Source: Ranitomeya imitator
Lineage: Eukaryota
Assembly (NCBI RefSeq): GCF_032444005.1
Contig: NC_091283.1
Coordinates: forward strand, 415,648,001-415,712,000
Length of the DNA: 64,000 nt
Direction: 5' to 3'
Shown piece after piece: positions 9,964 to 20,226 of this stretch (position 1 is the first letter of the stretch; every line of letters starts with the position of its first letter). The notes beneath the pieces were generated by a model. That model ran no database searches and was not told the origin of the DNA. It worked only from the letters and a program-made list of their open reading frames with translations. A program made the translations under genes and the position numbers.

Positions 9964-12900
9964 GTGAGCAGGGTACATTTCCTCCCCAGCCTCCCCCTAT
10001 TTATATCCCTGGCCACCATGCTTGGTGTATGCCTGCCAAGCTGATCCAATACTGTGTGCCATATGCTGCCTCCTCCTGGCATCCCTGTGCACTGTATGTA
10101 TTATAGCTGTGGGCAAGAGAGGGGCCTTACATGGCAAGAAGACTCAAGCTGGGCCCAATGAAGGGGTATTCCCAGAAGCAAAATTTGTTTGTTCGTTAGG
10201 GGTCTGACCACTTGAACCCCCTTGTAATTCTGAGGATGGGGCTCGAGAATTACAAGAACCTTGCTCTGTAGAGCCATGACTTGAATAGAGCCAAGTTGCG
10301 AATGCTCAACCTCCTGTCCATTACTTGTCTGAGGAACTGCCGAAGATAGTGGAGTGCTGTACTCGTCCCATGGGCAATGAGTGGAGCGGAAGTAGAGCAT
10401 GTGCACCTCTGCTTTGTTCACGACGGGGTTTCTGAAGACCCTAATTCTCCGAACCCCAAAGTGATCAGTGTTCTCTTTTAATTTTCATACTACCCCGTTA
10501 AGGATGATGGAGGCATTAGATAAAGGACCTGGTCTCCTAGCTCTACCTGCTCCCACTTGTGGCTTTTTTAGGCCTCGTTTGTGGAATTTAACGTTGTTAG
10601 ACACAAAACTCCTTAATGTCAACATCCAAAATATTGGCAGCCCCCGAGATGACAAGCAGCTCGTTGTCTTGTAGAGCTGTCATCGCATCGCTCCTTATTT
10701 AGAACTCTATTTTGACCCATCTCTATATGCTCAGGTGGTGCCTGAGCTCTCGTCTTCCTCCACATCAGCTCTGTATAGTGGAACATCTAAGAGCTTTGTG
10801 CCAAGTTCTACCCTTCATGGAAATCTTAAAGGGGTTCAGGTCCAAAACCTGTTAGGCGCGATGCTGCACTACTGAGGGATAATGTCCTTTTCTATTTCCT
10901 GATAGATGCCATGTGGTCATAAAGGCCTGACATGAATAGTAGCCATTTTGTGGCTGTGTGGGAACATTGAAGAGTTTTCTTGCTCCGCTCACTTTTGCAT
11001 TAAGCGGTGAGTCAGCTGGGTGATGTAAAGTCTAGTGATACCTGTCGACCGTGCATTTGTCTCATTCATTAATTAACAGTGGAGAGATGTGAGATAGTGG
11101 CCGATCTCATCCAGGCATATGTCCCAGCAGATATTGGTGGACGTGAGGCTGCTTACCCCACTAACTTCTCCATGTGAAAGTGAGCGGAGCAGGAAAACCC
11201 TTTTATATATTTGGTGCATTGGATCTTCAAAAATCTATATCCGAAGGTCAGAATCCCTCAGTAGGGCAGTAATTGTAGGCAGTCATTTATAGCAGACATA
11301 AAATAAATTATAAGGGTTTAGATTGCTTAGAGGGGTGTACCTCCCAATCCCCTGCCGTTCCTGTACCGACACTCCCCTGTTCTCTGCCAGTCTCTGTTCT
11401 CCCGACACCTGTAATGCCATTTCAAGATGACATCTACCCAATGCAGGGACTTCATTAGGGCAGGACATCATTGCTGGAGATCGGCAGGGAACCAGAAAAG
11501 CAGCGGCATAGAGGTGGCAGGGGATTGGGAAAGTGAAAATTATTTTTCTTGGGATTGTAAAATTCCTTTTAAAATGTTTTTTGTACAAAATTAATATAAA
11601 ATAAAGAGGATTAGGATTTTCTAACTAACTGCAGTGGGCAGAAATAGACTTCTGGTATATGACCCTGTCTGGTTCATCTTCCAGTTTTCACAATGTTGGG
11701 GGTTTGTACATGATTTTTGATCATTTCTCGTAGCTTGTTGTCCTGGTTAGGATAGGAGGAGGCAAGTGTGGGCCATACACAGATGGGCAGCACATGTATG
11801 AGGGTTCCCGCTATAAATCCTTCAGATCAATCATGTAATTAGGGACTATGTGAAGAACTCAAATCGCCAGTTTGAAGAAGCACTTAAAGCATCACTCCAG
11901 CATTTTTTTTTTAAATTTGATCACTGGAGTGGTTCTTAACCCCTTCCCGACATGCGCCGTACATATACTGCTCTGCGGGAGGTGCGTTTCCACAAAGAGC
12001 AGTATATGTATGGCCCTGCGATCGCGTGGCCTCACGCTGAGCGCCGCGGCAATCGCGTGCAGATATCAGCTGTATGTGACAGCTGACACCCCACAGCACC
12101 GCCCACGATCAGTGTTAGCACCGATCTCGGGAATTTAACCCCTCTGATGCCACTGTCATTAATGACAGCGGCATAGAGAAGCATTGCGCAGGGAGGGGCT
12201 CTCTGCACGCTTCCATCAGGACAACGCGATTGCAGGTCCTGCAGAGAGGTGGCATGCCTCCTTCCCTGCCTGTCAGACCCTGATCTGATACTCTACTATA
12301 TTAGAATCGATCGCTGATCTGACACTCTGCATTGCAATGTCCCATACCGGGACAACGTAAATAAAAAAATGTTAGAATGTGTAAAAATATATATATTTTT
12401 TTAAATCCCTAAGGCCACATTCACACGTTCCTTTTTGTCCCGCGGGTTTTCCCGCAGCGGATTTGATAAATCTGCAGGGCAAACCCGCTGCGGTTATCCC
12501 TGCAGATTTATCGCGGTTTGTCCTGCGGGTTCCGCTGCGGGATTTACCCCTACTATTGATGCTGCATATGCAGCATTAATAGTAATGTTAAAAATAATAA
12601 AATCATGATGATATACTCACCCTCTGACGTCCCGATCTCCTGGGCGCTGCAGGCGGCGGCCCGGTTCCAAAGATGCTGTGCGACCAGGACCTTCGGTGAC
12701 GTCACGGTCATGTGACCGCGACGTCACCGAAGGTCCTGGTCGCATAGCAAACCTGAGACCGGACGGCCGCGTGCAGCGCTGAGACTTCCGAGGGTGAGTA
12801 TAACATGATTTTTTATTTTAATTCTTTTTCTCTATCCCCATGATGGCACCACGGAGAGAGGGGTCCGCCCCCAGGGACAGGAAACCTACAGATGAAAAAG

Positions 12901-13536
12901 GGCGTACCTCTCTCCCACATCAGTTGGTTTCCTGTCCCTGACGGGGAACCTACAGCACGTACCTGAAGGATTCTTCCTGGGATTCCAGGGAGCTGGCCGG
13001 TCGGTTCCTGACAGGGGGCACCCTGTCACGGCTGGTTGCAGCGGGTTTTCTCCCCCCTTTTATTCCGACCCTGAAGCACCACCGCTGGGGTCGGCGGGCC
13101 CTGTGGGTGAGTGTGCCAGGGGAAGGCAGTAAAGAGGTTCCAGCCTGCCTTCCCCGTGAAAAAAAAAAAAAAAAAAGGGGGAGGAAGGAGGCAGGTGACG
13201 GCGGTCACCGATTCAGCCTCTGTACCGCTAGTCGGTACATGGAGGTAGCGGTGGCTATCTTTCCATGGCGGGCACAGGAACGCTAGAGCCGGCCCCACAG
13301 CACCGCCGATCACCGCCGCCCAAACTGGAAGTGCGGGGGCAGGCGGAACGAGAAATCGCGCGCACAGGCGTCCCCAATAATACCTTCCCTATAGGACGCC
13401 TGTGCCGCGAAACCGGAAGTGACGCGCGCGCCTGCGCAGATGGTCGCTTCTGCCGGCGGCAGATTCAAAAAAGCGTTCCCTAAGGCGTAAGCGTGGAAAT
13501 CCCCTCTTTGTTGGAAAACTGCAGAGTGGAGCCACT

Positions 13537-15073
13537 ATGAGTGGTAGAGAGGAGCAAGAGGCACAGGAATGTGCACAACTGTTACCTGAGCAATTACAGG
13601 TGCAGCGGCACCCGCGTTCACAGCACCAGCGGAAGGGAAATGCTTCGTCCCAGCAGCGCAGCAGCAGTGGTCGCTCAGGGTCACAACGCAGCCAAGTCTC
13701 TGGGAAATCTACACGACCGGCGACGAATCCAGTGGATGTAGTCCCGAGGCCAGAGACGGTATCTCACATTCACAAGTGGTGAGTGATCTACGTGAAAGTA
13801 ATAATGTAATACGAGATTATTTTTTCTTCTAGGGAAGAAAGTGTACAACTAAATCAAAGCACAAAGTTTGTGCGATATGTTCGGAAGAACTACCTTCCTC
13901 CTGGGAAAAAAAGCTATGCGGGTCTTGCATAGAAAAAAATCATTCAGGAGGAGTCCCCGGCGTTCGCATCAGACCTGAAAACATTAATAAAAAATCAGGT
14001 GGAGAGTGCCCTCAAAGGCATTAGAATTCCGAAGGAAAGATGTAGATCAGGTCATAAATCTCCTGAACCCAGCATAAACGAATCGGAAAGTGAAACATCT
14101 GACTCTAATGATTCATCAACATCCGAGACCTCTTCACTATCGTCAGAAGGGGGACGCAGTTGCTTTCCCATCGAAGAGACAGACGCACTGGTAAAGGCTA
14201 TTAGAACAACCATGGGTCTGGTAGATGAACGTCCCAAAAGAACAGCACAGGACATAATGTTCAGCGGATTAGAACAGAAGAAAAGAAGGGTATTCCCGAT
14301 AAATGAGAAGATTCATTCTTTAATCAAGAAAGAATGGAAAAAAACGGATAAAAAAGTTCTCTTGACTCCCAAGAGAAAATACCCGTTCGACGACCCAGCC
14401 TGCTCATCCTGGAGCAAGGCACCCAAACTGGATGTGGCCATAGCAAAGGCCTCCAAAAAATTTGCCCTGCCCTTCGAGGACATGGGCACTCTAAAAGAGC
14501 CGATGGACAAAAAAGCAGACACTTTCTTAAAACACTCATGGGAAGCAGCAGGAGGTGGTCTAAAACCAGCCATCGCAGCCACTTGCACGGCCTGTGCTCT
14601 AATGGTATGGCTTGAACATTTGGATTCCCAGCTAAAGGGAAAAGTCTCAAGAGACACAATACAGAAGTCAGTGTCCATGATGAAAGGGGCAGCAGCTTTT
14701 CTGGCGGACGCTTCGGTGGACTCTGAGATTAGCAGCCAGGTCGGCCTCTTTTTCCAACGCAGCAAGACGTGCCCTGTGGCTAAAGTGCTGGCCGGGGGAC
14801 TTGCAAACGAAGACCAAGTTATGCTCAATACCTTGCGAAGGGGAATTCCTGTTTGGATCAACGTTAGATGACATCCTCGACAAAGCGGGGGATAAAAAGA
14901 AATCTTTCCCCGGGTTCCCTAACCAGTCATATAGACGTTCCTTTCGGAACAGAAAGTTTATGCGGAGAAGACCCCCAAAAGGAAATAAGGATGGATGGGA
15001 AGACAGAAGAAATAAAAATAGGGGCTTCTTGTTCAACAAACCCCCCCCTCCTGATAATAAAAAATCCCAATGA
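13537..15073 (+). pseudogene. DIRS ORF1 (gag-like, zinc finger plus LAP2alpha-like domain) with a probable intron and two frameshifts
   Basis: ATG at 13537. After the acceptor at 13832 the frame reads CAICSEELPSSWEKKLCGSC. A +1 shift occurs in the A7 run at 13933-13939 and a 2-bp loss at ~14721-14725. The frame then reads RLAARSASFSNAARRALWLKCWPGDLQTKTKLCSIPCEGEFLFGSTLD to the stop at 15073. Confidence 0.72.
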
Positions 15074-16967
15074 AGGTATTCCCCAGGTTGGAGGGAGACT
15101 AGCCGAGTTTCTTCCAGCCTGGGAAAGAATTTCAAACAGCCCCTGGATCTTAGGCATTATACGAGAAGGCCTCAAATTCAAATTTCGTGTCCCTCCCGGC
15201 AACTTCTTCAGGATAACGCCTCAAAAACAGTCACACGAACAGTCAGCTCTCCAGAAGGAAATTCTGAACCTAGTCCAGAAAGGGGTATTGCAAGAAGTCC
15301 CATACCAGGAAAGAGGCACAGGTTTCTATTCTCCCCTCTTCCTCCGCAAGAAGCCGGACGGATCATACAGAACGATCATCAATCTAAAAAAATTAAACAG
15401 TTTCCTAGAGTTACAACATTTCAAAATGGAGACAATAAAATCTTGCGTAAGAATACTCTTTCCCTTGTGTTTCATGACTGTTCTAGATTTACGAGACGCA
15501 TATTACCATGTGCCCATCCACAGAGATTATCAAAAATATCTCAGACTGGCAGTGAATATCCAGGGGGAGGTAAAACACTTCCAATTCCGGGCTCTCCCCT
15601 TCGGGATAGCTATTGCTCCTCGGGTATTCACGAAAATAATGGCAGAAGTAATGGCCCACATACGGGAGCAGAACATTCTAATAGTTCCCTATCTGGACGA
15701 CCTCCTTGTAGTAGGGAACTCATTCCAACATTGCGAACAACAGTTGAATCAGGTCATGACTTCACTGTCGAGTCTAGGGTGGCTGCTAAACATAGCCAAG
15801 TCCAAGATGGTGCCATCCCAGGTACAGATGTACTTAGGGATAGTCCTAGACTCGATCACGCAAACATGCTATCTTCCTCAGGAGAAGATTCAGAAAATGA
15901 CACAGGCAGTGTTGCAGCTGACGGTATCCCCAGTCACTACCCTGAGGAAAGCAATGTCCCTGTTGGGCTCCATGACTGCCTGTATCCCGGGCGTACAGTG
16001 GGCACAATGTCATTCCCGGGATCTACAATGGGAGACTTTAGATTCAGGCATATCTCTGCACGGGAATTTAGACGAGCAGTTAAGTATATCACCAAACACA
16101 ATACACTCCCTAGCATGGTGGGCGGACCCAGGGAATCTAACCAAAGGGGTTCCTTGGGCTCTACCGACAGAAAAAATTCTAACGACAGATGCAAGCCCCT
16201 GGGGTTGGGGAGCACACATAGTCGATCAAGTGGCACAGGGGAATTGGAACAGAAGTCAAAAGCTAGACTCTTCCAACATGAAAGAACTGTTAGCGGTAAA
16301 GCTGGCCCTAACACATTTTCTATATCTCCTTCACGGGCATCATGTAAAAGTCTTCTCGGACAACCAAGTAGTGGTCGCATATCTAAACCACCAAGGGGGC
16401 ACCAGGTGTCGAGCTCTGATGGAGGTAACCCAATCCATCTTCCACATAGCGGAACACAGTCTAAAGTCCTTGACAGCTCTCCACTTAAAGGGCTCAGAAA
16501 ACCAGACTGCAGACTTCCTGAGCAGGACATGCTTAAAGCAGGGAGAGTGGGAGCTAAATCAGTTGGTCTTCGATCAAATCGTGAATCTCTGGGGTCTACC
16601 AGAAATAGATCTATTCGCGAACAGCCAAAACCACAAAGTGAAAACATTCTGCTCAATAGATCCCCGGGGGAACCCTGTAGCTCTAGACGCACTAACAATT
16701 CCTTGGAACTATCATCTCGCCTATGCGTTCCCTCCAATGTCGCTCATCCCCTTAGTGTTGAGGGAAATTCGGGAGGAGAGAGCTACAGTGATAGTAATAG
16801 CGCCATTTTGGCCCCGCAGAATATGGTTTTCTTGGCTAAGAAACATGTCCATATCGAGTCCTTGGGTTCTACCAGACTCTCCAAAACTTCTGTCCCAGGG
16901 TCCAGTATTTCACCCCAATGTAAAAAATTTACACATGACAGCATGGCTTTTGAAAGGAGGTTGCTGA
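14868..16967 (+). CDS. DIRS ORF2: reverse transcriptase / RNase H / methyltransferase-like domain, uninterrupted
   Basis: Motifs seen: GFYSPLFL..K.DGSYRTIINLK, LDLRDAYYHVPI, ALPFG, PYLDD (RT); TTDAS...KELLAV...SDN...ADFLSR (RNase H); DLFA...YAFPP (MT-like). The true start codon is uncertain. Confidence 0.93.
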   Translation: MTSSTKRGIKRNLSPGSLTSHIDVPFGTESLCGEDPQKEIRMDGKTEEIKIGASCSTNPPLLIIKNPNEGIPQVGGRLAEFLPAWERISNSPWILGIIREGLKFKFRVPPGNFFRITPQKQSHEQSALQKEILNLVQKGVLQEVPYQERGTGFYSPLFLRKKPDGSYRTIINLKKLNSFLELQHFKMETIKSCVRILFPLCFMTVLDLRDAYYHVPIHRDYQKYLRLAVNIQGEVKHFQFRALPFGIAIAPRVFTKIMAEVMAHIREQNILIVPYLDDLLVVGNSFQHCEQQLNQVMTSLSSLGWLLNIAKSKMVPSQVQMYLGIVLDSITQTCYLPQEKIQKMTQAVLQLTVSPVTTLRKAMSLLGSMTACIPGVQWAQCHSRDLQWETLDSGISLHGNLDEQLSISPNTIHSLAWWADPGNLTKGVPWALPTEKILTTDASPWGWGAHIVDQVAQGNWNRSQKLDSSNMKELLAVKLALTHFLYLLHGHHVKVFSDNQVVVAYLNHQGGTRCRALMEVTQSIFHIAEHSLKSLTALHLKGSENQTADFLSRTCLKQGEWELNQLVFDQIVNLWGLPEIDLFANSQNHKVKTFCSIDPRGNPVALDALTIPWNYHLAYAFPPMSLIPLVLREIREERATVIVIAPFWPRRIWFSWLRNMSISSPWVLPDSPKLLSQGPVFHPNVKNLHMTAWLLKGGC

Positions 16968-17974
16968 GGGATAAAGGGTTCTCTCCCAACTTGGTGTCCA
17001 CTCTATTACAGAGTAGAAAACCCGTAACCACTAGAATATATGGGAAAGTGTGGAAAAAGTTTATGTCGGTATCAGGGGCAGACCCGTCCGGGGAAATCCC
17101 AATAGGGAAAATACTTGAGTTCTTACAGAAAGGTCTGGAAAGAGGTTTAGCTACAAGCACTCTAAAGGTCCAGGTGGCAGCCTTAGGAGCACTGTATAAT
17201 TACGACTTGGCCAAAAATCGATGGGTCATGCGTTTCATTAAAGCCTCATCTAGATCCAGACCCATTCCCCTCCACAACTCGCCTCCATGGGATCTAAACC
17301 TTGTATTAAACGCTCTAACCAAACCTCCCTTTGAGCCCCTGACAGAAGTTCCTTTAAAGATCTTATCCCTAAAAACCACACTCCTAGTGGCCCTAACCTC
17401 GGCTCGTCGTGTCAGCGATATACAAGCGTTATCCTCATGTCCACCCTTTATTCAGATACTTGATGACAAAGTCATTCTTAAAACTGACCCGGCTTACCTC
17501 CCTAAAATATCGTCACAGTTTCATAGAACGCAAGAAATTTCTTTGCCCTCCTTTTGTCCCAACCCTAAAAATGAGGGGGAAAGAACACTGCATACCCTAG
17601 ACTTAAAAAGATGCCTGATCCAATATCTGTCAGCCACTAGGGAGTGCAGGAAGGATAGGGCTTTGTTTGTCTGCTTCCAGGGTCCACGGAAGGGACAAAA
17701 AGCATCGAAAGCCACGTTAGCAAGGTGGATAAGAGACGCCATCACCCTATCCTACTCATCCTGCGGGACAGCCATCCCGGAGAATATAAAGGCTCATTCG
17801 ACCAGAGCAGTGGCATCATCTTGGGCGGAGAGAGCTGGCGCTTCGATACAACAGATATGTAGAGCGGCCACTTGGTCTTCCCAGTCTACATTTTTCAAGC
17901 ATTACCGCTTAGACTTGACCTCCTCTGATACTACCTTTGGGCGAAGGGTTCTAGAGGCAGTGGTCCCTCCCTAA
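15443..17974 (+). CDS. DIRS ORF3: tyrosine recombinase (catalytic domain ~16935-17974), with the ORF overlapping ORF2
   Basis: SARRVSD (catalytic R), KAHSTRAV (HxxR) and STFFKHYRLD (catalytic Y). The reading frame is open for 843 codons. Confidence 0.93.
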   Translation: MRKNTLSLVFHDCSRFTRRILPCAHPQRLSKISQTGSEYPGGGKTLPIPGSPLRDSYCSSGIHENNGRSNGPHTGAEHSNSSLSGRPPCSRELIPTLRTTVESGHDFTVESRVAAKHSQVQDGAIPGTDVLRDSPRLDHANMLSSSGEDSENDTGSVAADGIPSHYPEESNVPVGLHDCLYPGRTVGTMSFPGSTMGDFRFRHISAREFRRAVKYITKHNTLPSMVGGPRESNQRGSLGSTDRKNSNDRCKPLGLGSTHSRSSGTGELEQKSKARLFQHERTVSGKAGPNTFSISPSRASCKSLLGQPSSGRISKPPRGHQVSSSDGGNPIHLPHSGTQSKVLDSSPLKGLRKPDCRLPEQDMLKAGRVGAKSVGLRSNRESLGSTRNRSIREQPKPQSENILLNRSPGEPCSSRRTNNSLELSSRLCVPSNVAHPLSVEGNSGGESYSDSNSAILAPQNMVFLAKKHVHIESLGSTRLSKTSVPGSSISPQCKKFTHDSMAFERRLLRDKGFSPNLVSTLLQSRKPVTTRIYGKVWKKFMSVSGADPSGEIPIGKILEFLQKGLERGLATSTLKVQVAALGALYNYDLAKNRWVMRFIKASSRSRPIPLHNSPPWDLNLVLNALTKPPFEPLTEVPLKILSLKTTLLVALTSARRVSDIQALSSCPPFIQILDDKVILKTDPAYLPKISSQFHRTQEISLPSFCPNPKNEGERTLHTLDLKRCLIQYLSATRECRKDRALFVCFQGPRKGQKASKATLARWIRDAITLSYSSCGTAIPENIKAHSTRAVASSWAERAGASIQQICRAATWSSQSTFFKHYRLDLTSSDTTFGRRVLEAVVPP

Positions 17975-18640
17975 GAGCTATCTATTCAAATCTCTCCGTG
18001 GTGCCATCATGGGGATAGAGAAAATGGTAGTTACCTGCCGATAACGGTATTTCTCTGATCCCATGATGGCACCCGTATATTCCCTCCCTTTTCACACACT
18101 TGTGTGCACTTGGTAATGTACCAGTAATTAGTTTTAGTCACGGTGCCTCTGTTAAGTTAAATTGGTTAAGTTTAATTTGTGTAAATATTGAGTTGCAGCT
18201 GAAGTTCTGTATAAGGCTCTGTAATCCAACTGATGTGGGAGAGAGGTACGCCCTTTTTCACCTGTAGGTTTCCTGTCCCTGGGGGCGGACCCCTCTCTCC
18301 GTGGTGCCATCATGGGATCAGAGAAATACCGTTATCGGCAGGTAACTACCATTTTTTTTAATACAAATATGGTTCCCGGGGCCTGGAGGAGAGTCTCCTC
18401 TCCTCCACCCCGGGTATAACCCGCACATTATCCGCATTACTTCCCGCATGGTGGGCACAGCCCCATGCGGGAAGTAAGCGGATCAATGCATTTCTATGGG
18501 TGCAGAATCGCTGCGATTCTACACAAAGAAGTGACATGGTCCTTCTTTTTTACCGCAGCAATTCTGCGCGTTTTTTTTCGGGTTTTTCCGCATCATGTGC
18601 ACTACGGTTTCTGTTTTCCATAGGGTAACATTGTACTGTA

Positions 18641-19027
18641 AAATAACAAAAGATGCAGCACTCACCAGATTCTTGCTGAAGATAGTGTCCTTTATTCGCT
18701 TAAAGCGATGTGAGACATTATGCGGAGAGGCGGCAGGAAAGAGGATTGGGTGCGGAAAGAATCCTCTTTCCTGCCGCCTCTCCGCATAATGTCTCACATC
18801 GCTTTAAGCGAATAAAGGACACTATCTTCAGCAAGAATCTGGTGAGTGCTGCATCTTTTGTTATTTAACAAGTTGGAAAGTCTGTCTGCTTTATATGCTA
18901 AGCACCACCCGACATCTGCAAACACATAGACTGGTGGCTTGAAGTTTATGCCGAGACTTCTCCTACACTGTTACTGCCTGTGAAGATTAACACATCGAGT
19001 GCCGCTCAGTTCCTTTTCTGCGGGTCA
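18641..19027. mobile_element. Short Penelope-like insertion with a 107-bp fold-back and a 16-bp TSD
   Basis: GTAACATTGTACTGTA is repeated at 18625-18640 and 19028-19043. The perfect arms are 18641-18747 and 18760-18866. The AATAAA...GAGTGCTGC segment resembles the 3' part of the element at 4660-7250. Confidence 0.7.
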
Positions 19028-19374
19028 GTAACATTGTACTGTACCCTGCATGGAAAACAGCTGTGGACCCGCAGCGGCAAAATCGCCGCGGTTCCGCAGT
19101 AAAAACCGCATAGTGTGAACATGGCCTAAATAAAGAGAAAAAATGAAATAGTATTTAACAATAAACACATTTATTTATGTAAATAAAAAACAAAATAATA
19201 AAAGTACACATTTGGTATCCATCCATAAAGACCTGCTCTATAAAACTGTCCCACTAGTTAACCCCTTCAATAAACACCCTAAAAAAAAGAGAGGCAAAAA
19301 ACAATGCTTTATCATCATACTTCCGAACATAAAGTGCAATAAAATGCGATCAAAAAGATGGATGTAATAACGTC

Positions 19375-20220
19375 CCGAGGTCCCAGTTCTTTTGTTTTCT
19401 TCAGCTGAGATCAGCTATCAAGTCATACCTACGTTCTGGGAGTATGACTCAAATCATTTCATCTTTCCCCTTAATAGGAATTCTTAAGTCGCAAGGTCCC
19501 CAGGGACTCATCTCTGCTTTATACACATACATGTTATCGGTGGGAACCAATTCTGCTATAGTGTCAATTAAGGGAAGGTGGGAAGGTCTAATTCTTGACG
19601 CTCAAGATGAGGATTGGGAGGAAATTCTTGAATCTCCGATTGGAGTGTCCCCATCAGTCAATAATAGAATGACCCAGTTATATATCATAGATCAGTCATA
19701 TTTAACTCCGTTGCGGCTTTTTAAGATGGGTCGGTTTCAAACATCGGAATGTTTGAGATGTCATTCGCTGAAAGCAAACCTTATACACATGGTATGGCGT
19801 TGCCCCATTATTCTGTCTTAGTGGAGCCAAGTAACGTCGCTGTTGACATCTCTAGTACAATCCCCTGTTCCTCTCAGTCCCTTAGTTTGCTTATTTGGGG
19901 TGCTAGACTACGAAATCTGGGGGCACTATGTTAACATTTTTCTACCTGAGACACTCTTTCTGGCTAGGAAGGTGTTGGCATTGCTCTGGATGGGTAGTGC
20001 ACATCCCTCTCTCGGGACGTGGATAGAATTGGTAAACTCAATCATACCATATGAGCGAACATTATATCAAAACAGGGGCTGCTTAAAGAAATTCAACAAG
20101 ATTTGGGACAGGTGGAACTCTTCTCATCTTACTGTATCGGGTGATGGTGGCCTGACACCACCATGAGTGTTTTGGTTAGAACGCATCAACTCATACTCTA
20201 CTTCATCAGATAGTTATTAT
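19375..20220 (+). mobile_element. L1-clade LINE 3' fragment (ORF2 C-terminus with Cys-rich motif), one in-frame stop
   Basis: ORFs 19444-19821 and 19843-20166 are in the same frame, separated by TAG. Motifs include CLRC....ANLIHMVWRCP and LARKVLALLW...KIWDRW. Confidence 0.82.
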
Positions 20221-20226
20221 AAGGTA

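Larger units (their letters stand above)
12826..18355 (+). mobile_element. DIRS1-type tyrosine-recombinase retrotransposon, structurally complete (lITR, ORF1, RT/RH/MT, YR, ICR, rITR)
   Basis: lITR ~12826-12927 is inverted to the rITR (~18226-18355, including its extension). The ICR at 17991-18073 is complementary to both termini. RT YLDD, RNase H and YR motifs are present. Confidence 0.97.
12413..19126. mobile_element. PIF/Harbinger-type MITE interrupted by the DIRS element and a Penelope fragment
   Basis: TAA|GGCCACATTCACAC ... GTGTGAACATGGCC|TAA: TIRs with 3-bp TAA TSDs at 12410-12412 and 19127-19129. Confidence 0.8.
11940..19370 (+). mobile_element. piggyBac-like non-autonomous element (left part), host of nested insertions
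   Basis: TTAA|CCCCTTCCCGAC at 11936-11950. AT-rich internal sequence resembling the other TTAA-CCCC elements resumes after 19129. The right terminus was not identified. Confidence 0.55.

Noticed and set aside
14052-17745. Antisense ORFs up to 266 aa within the DIRS element
   Set aside because: They are shadows of constrained sense-strand coding frames and carry no recognisable motifs.
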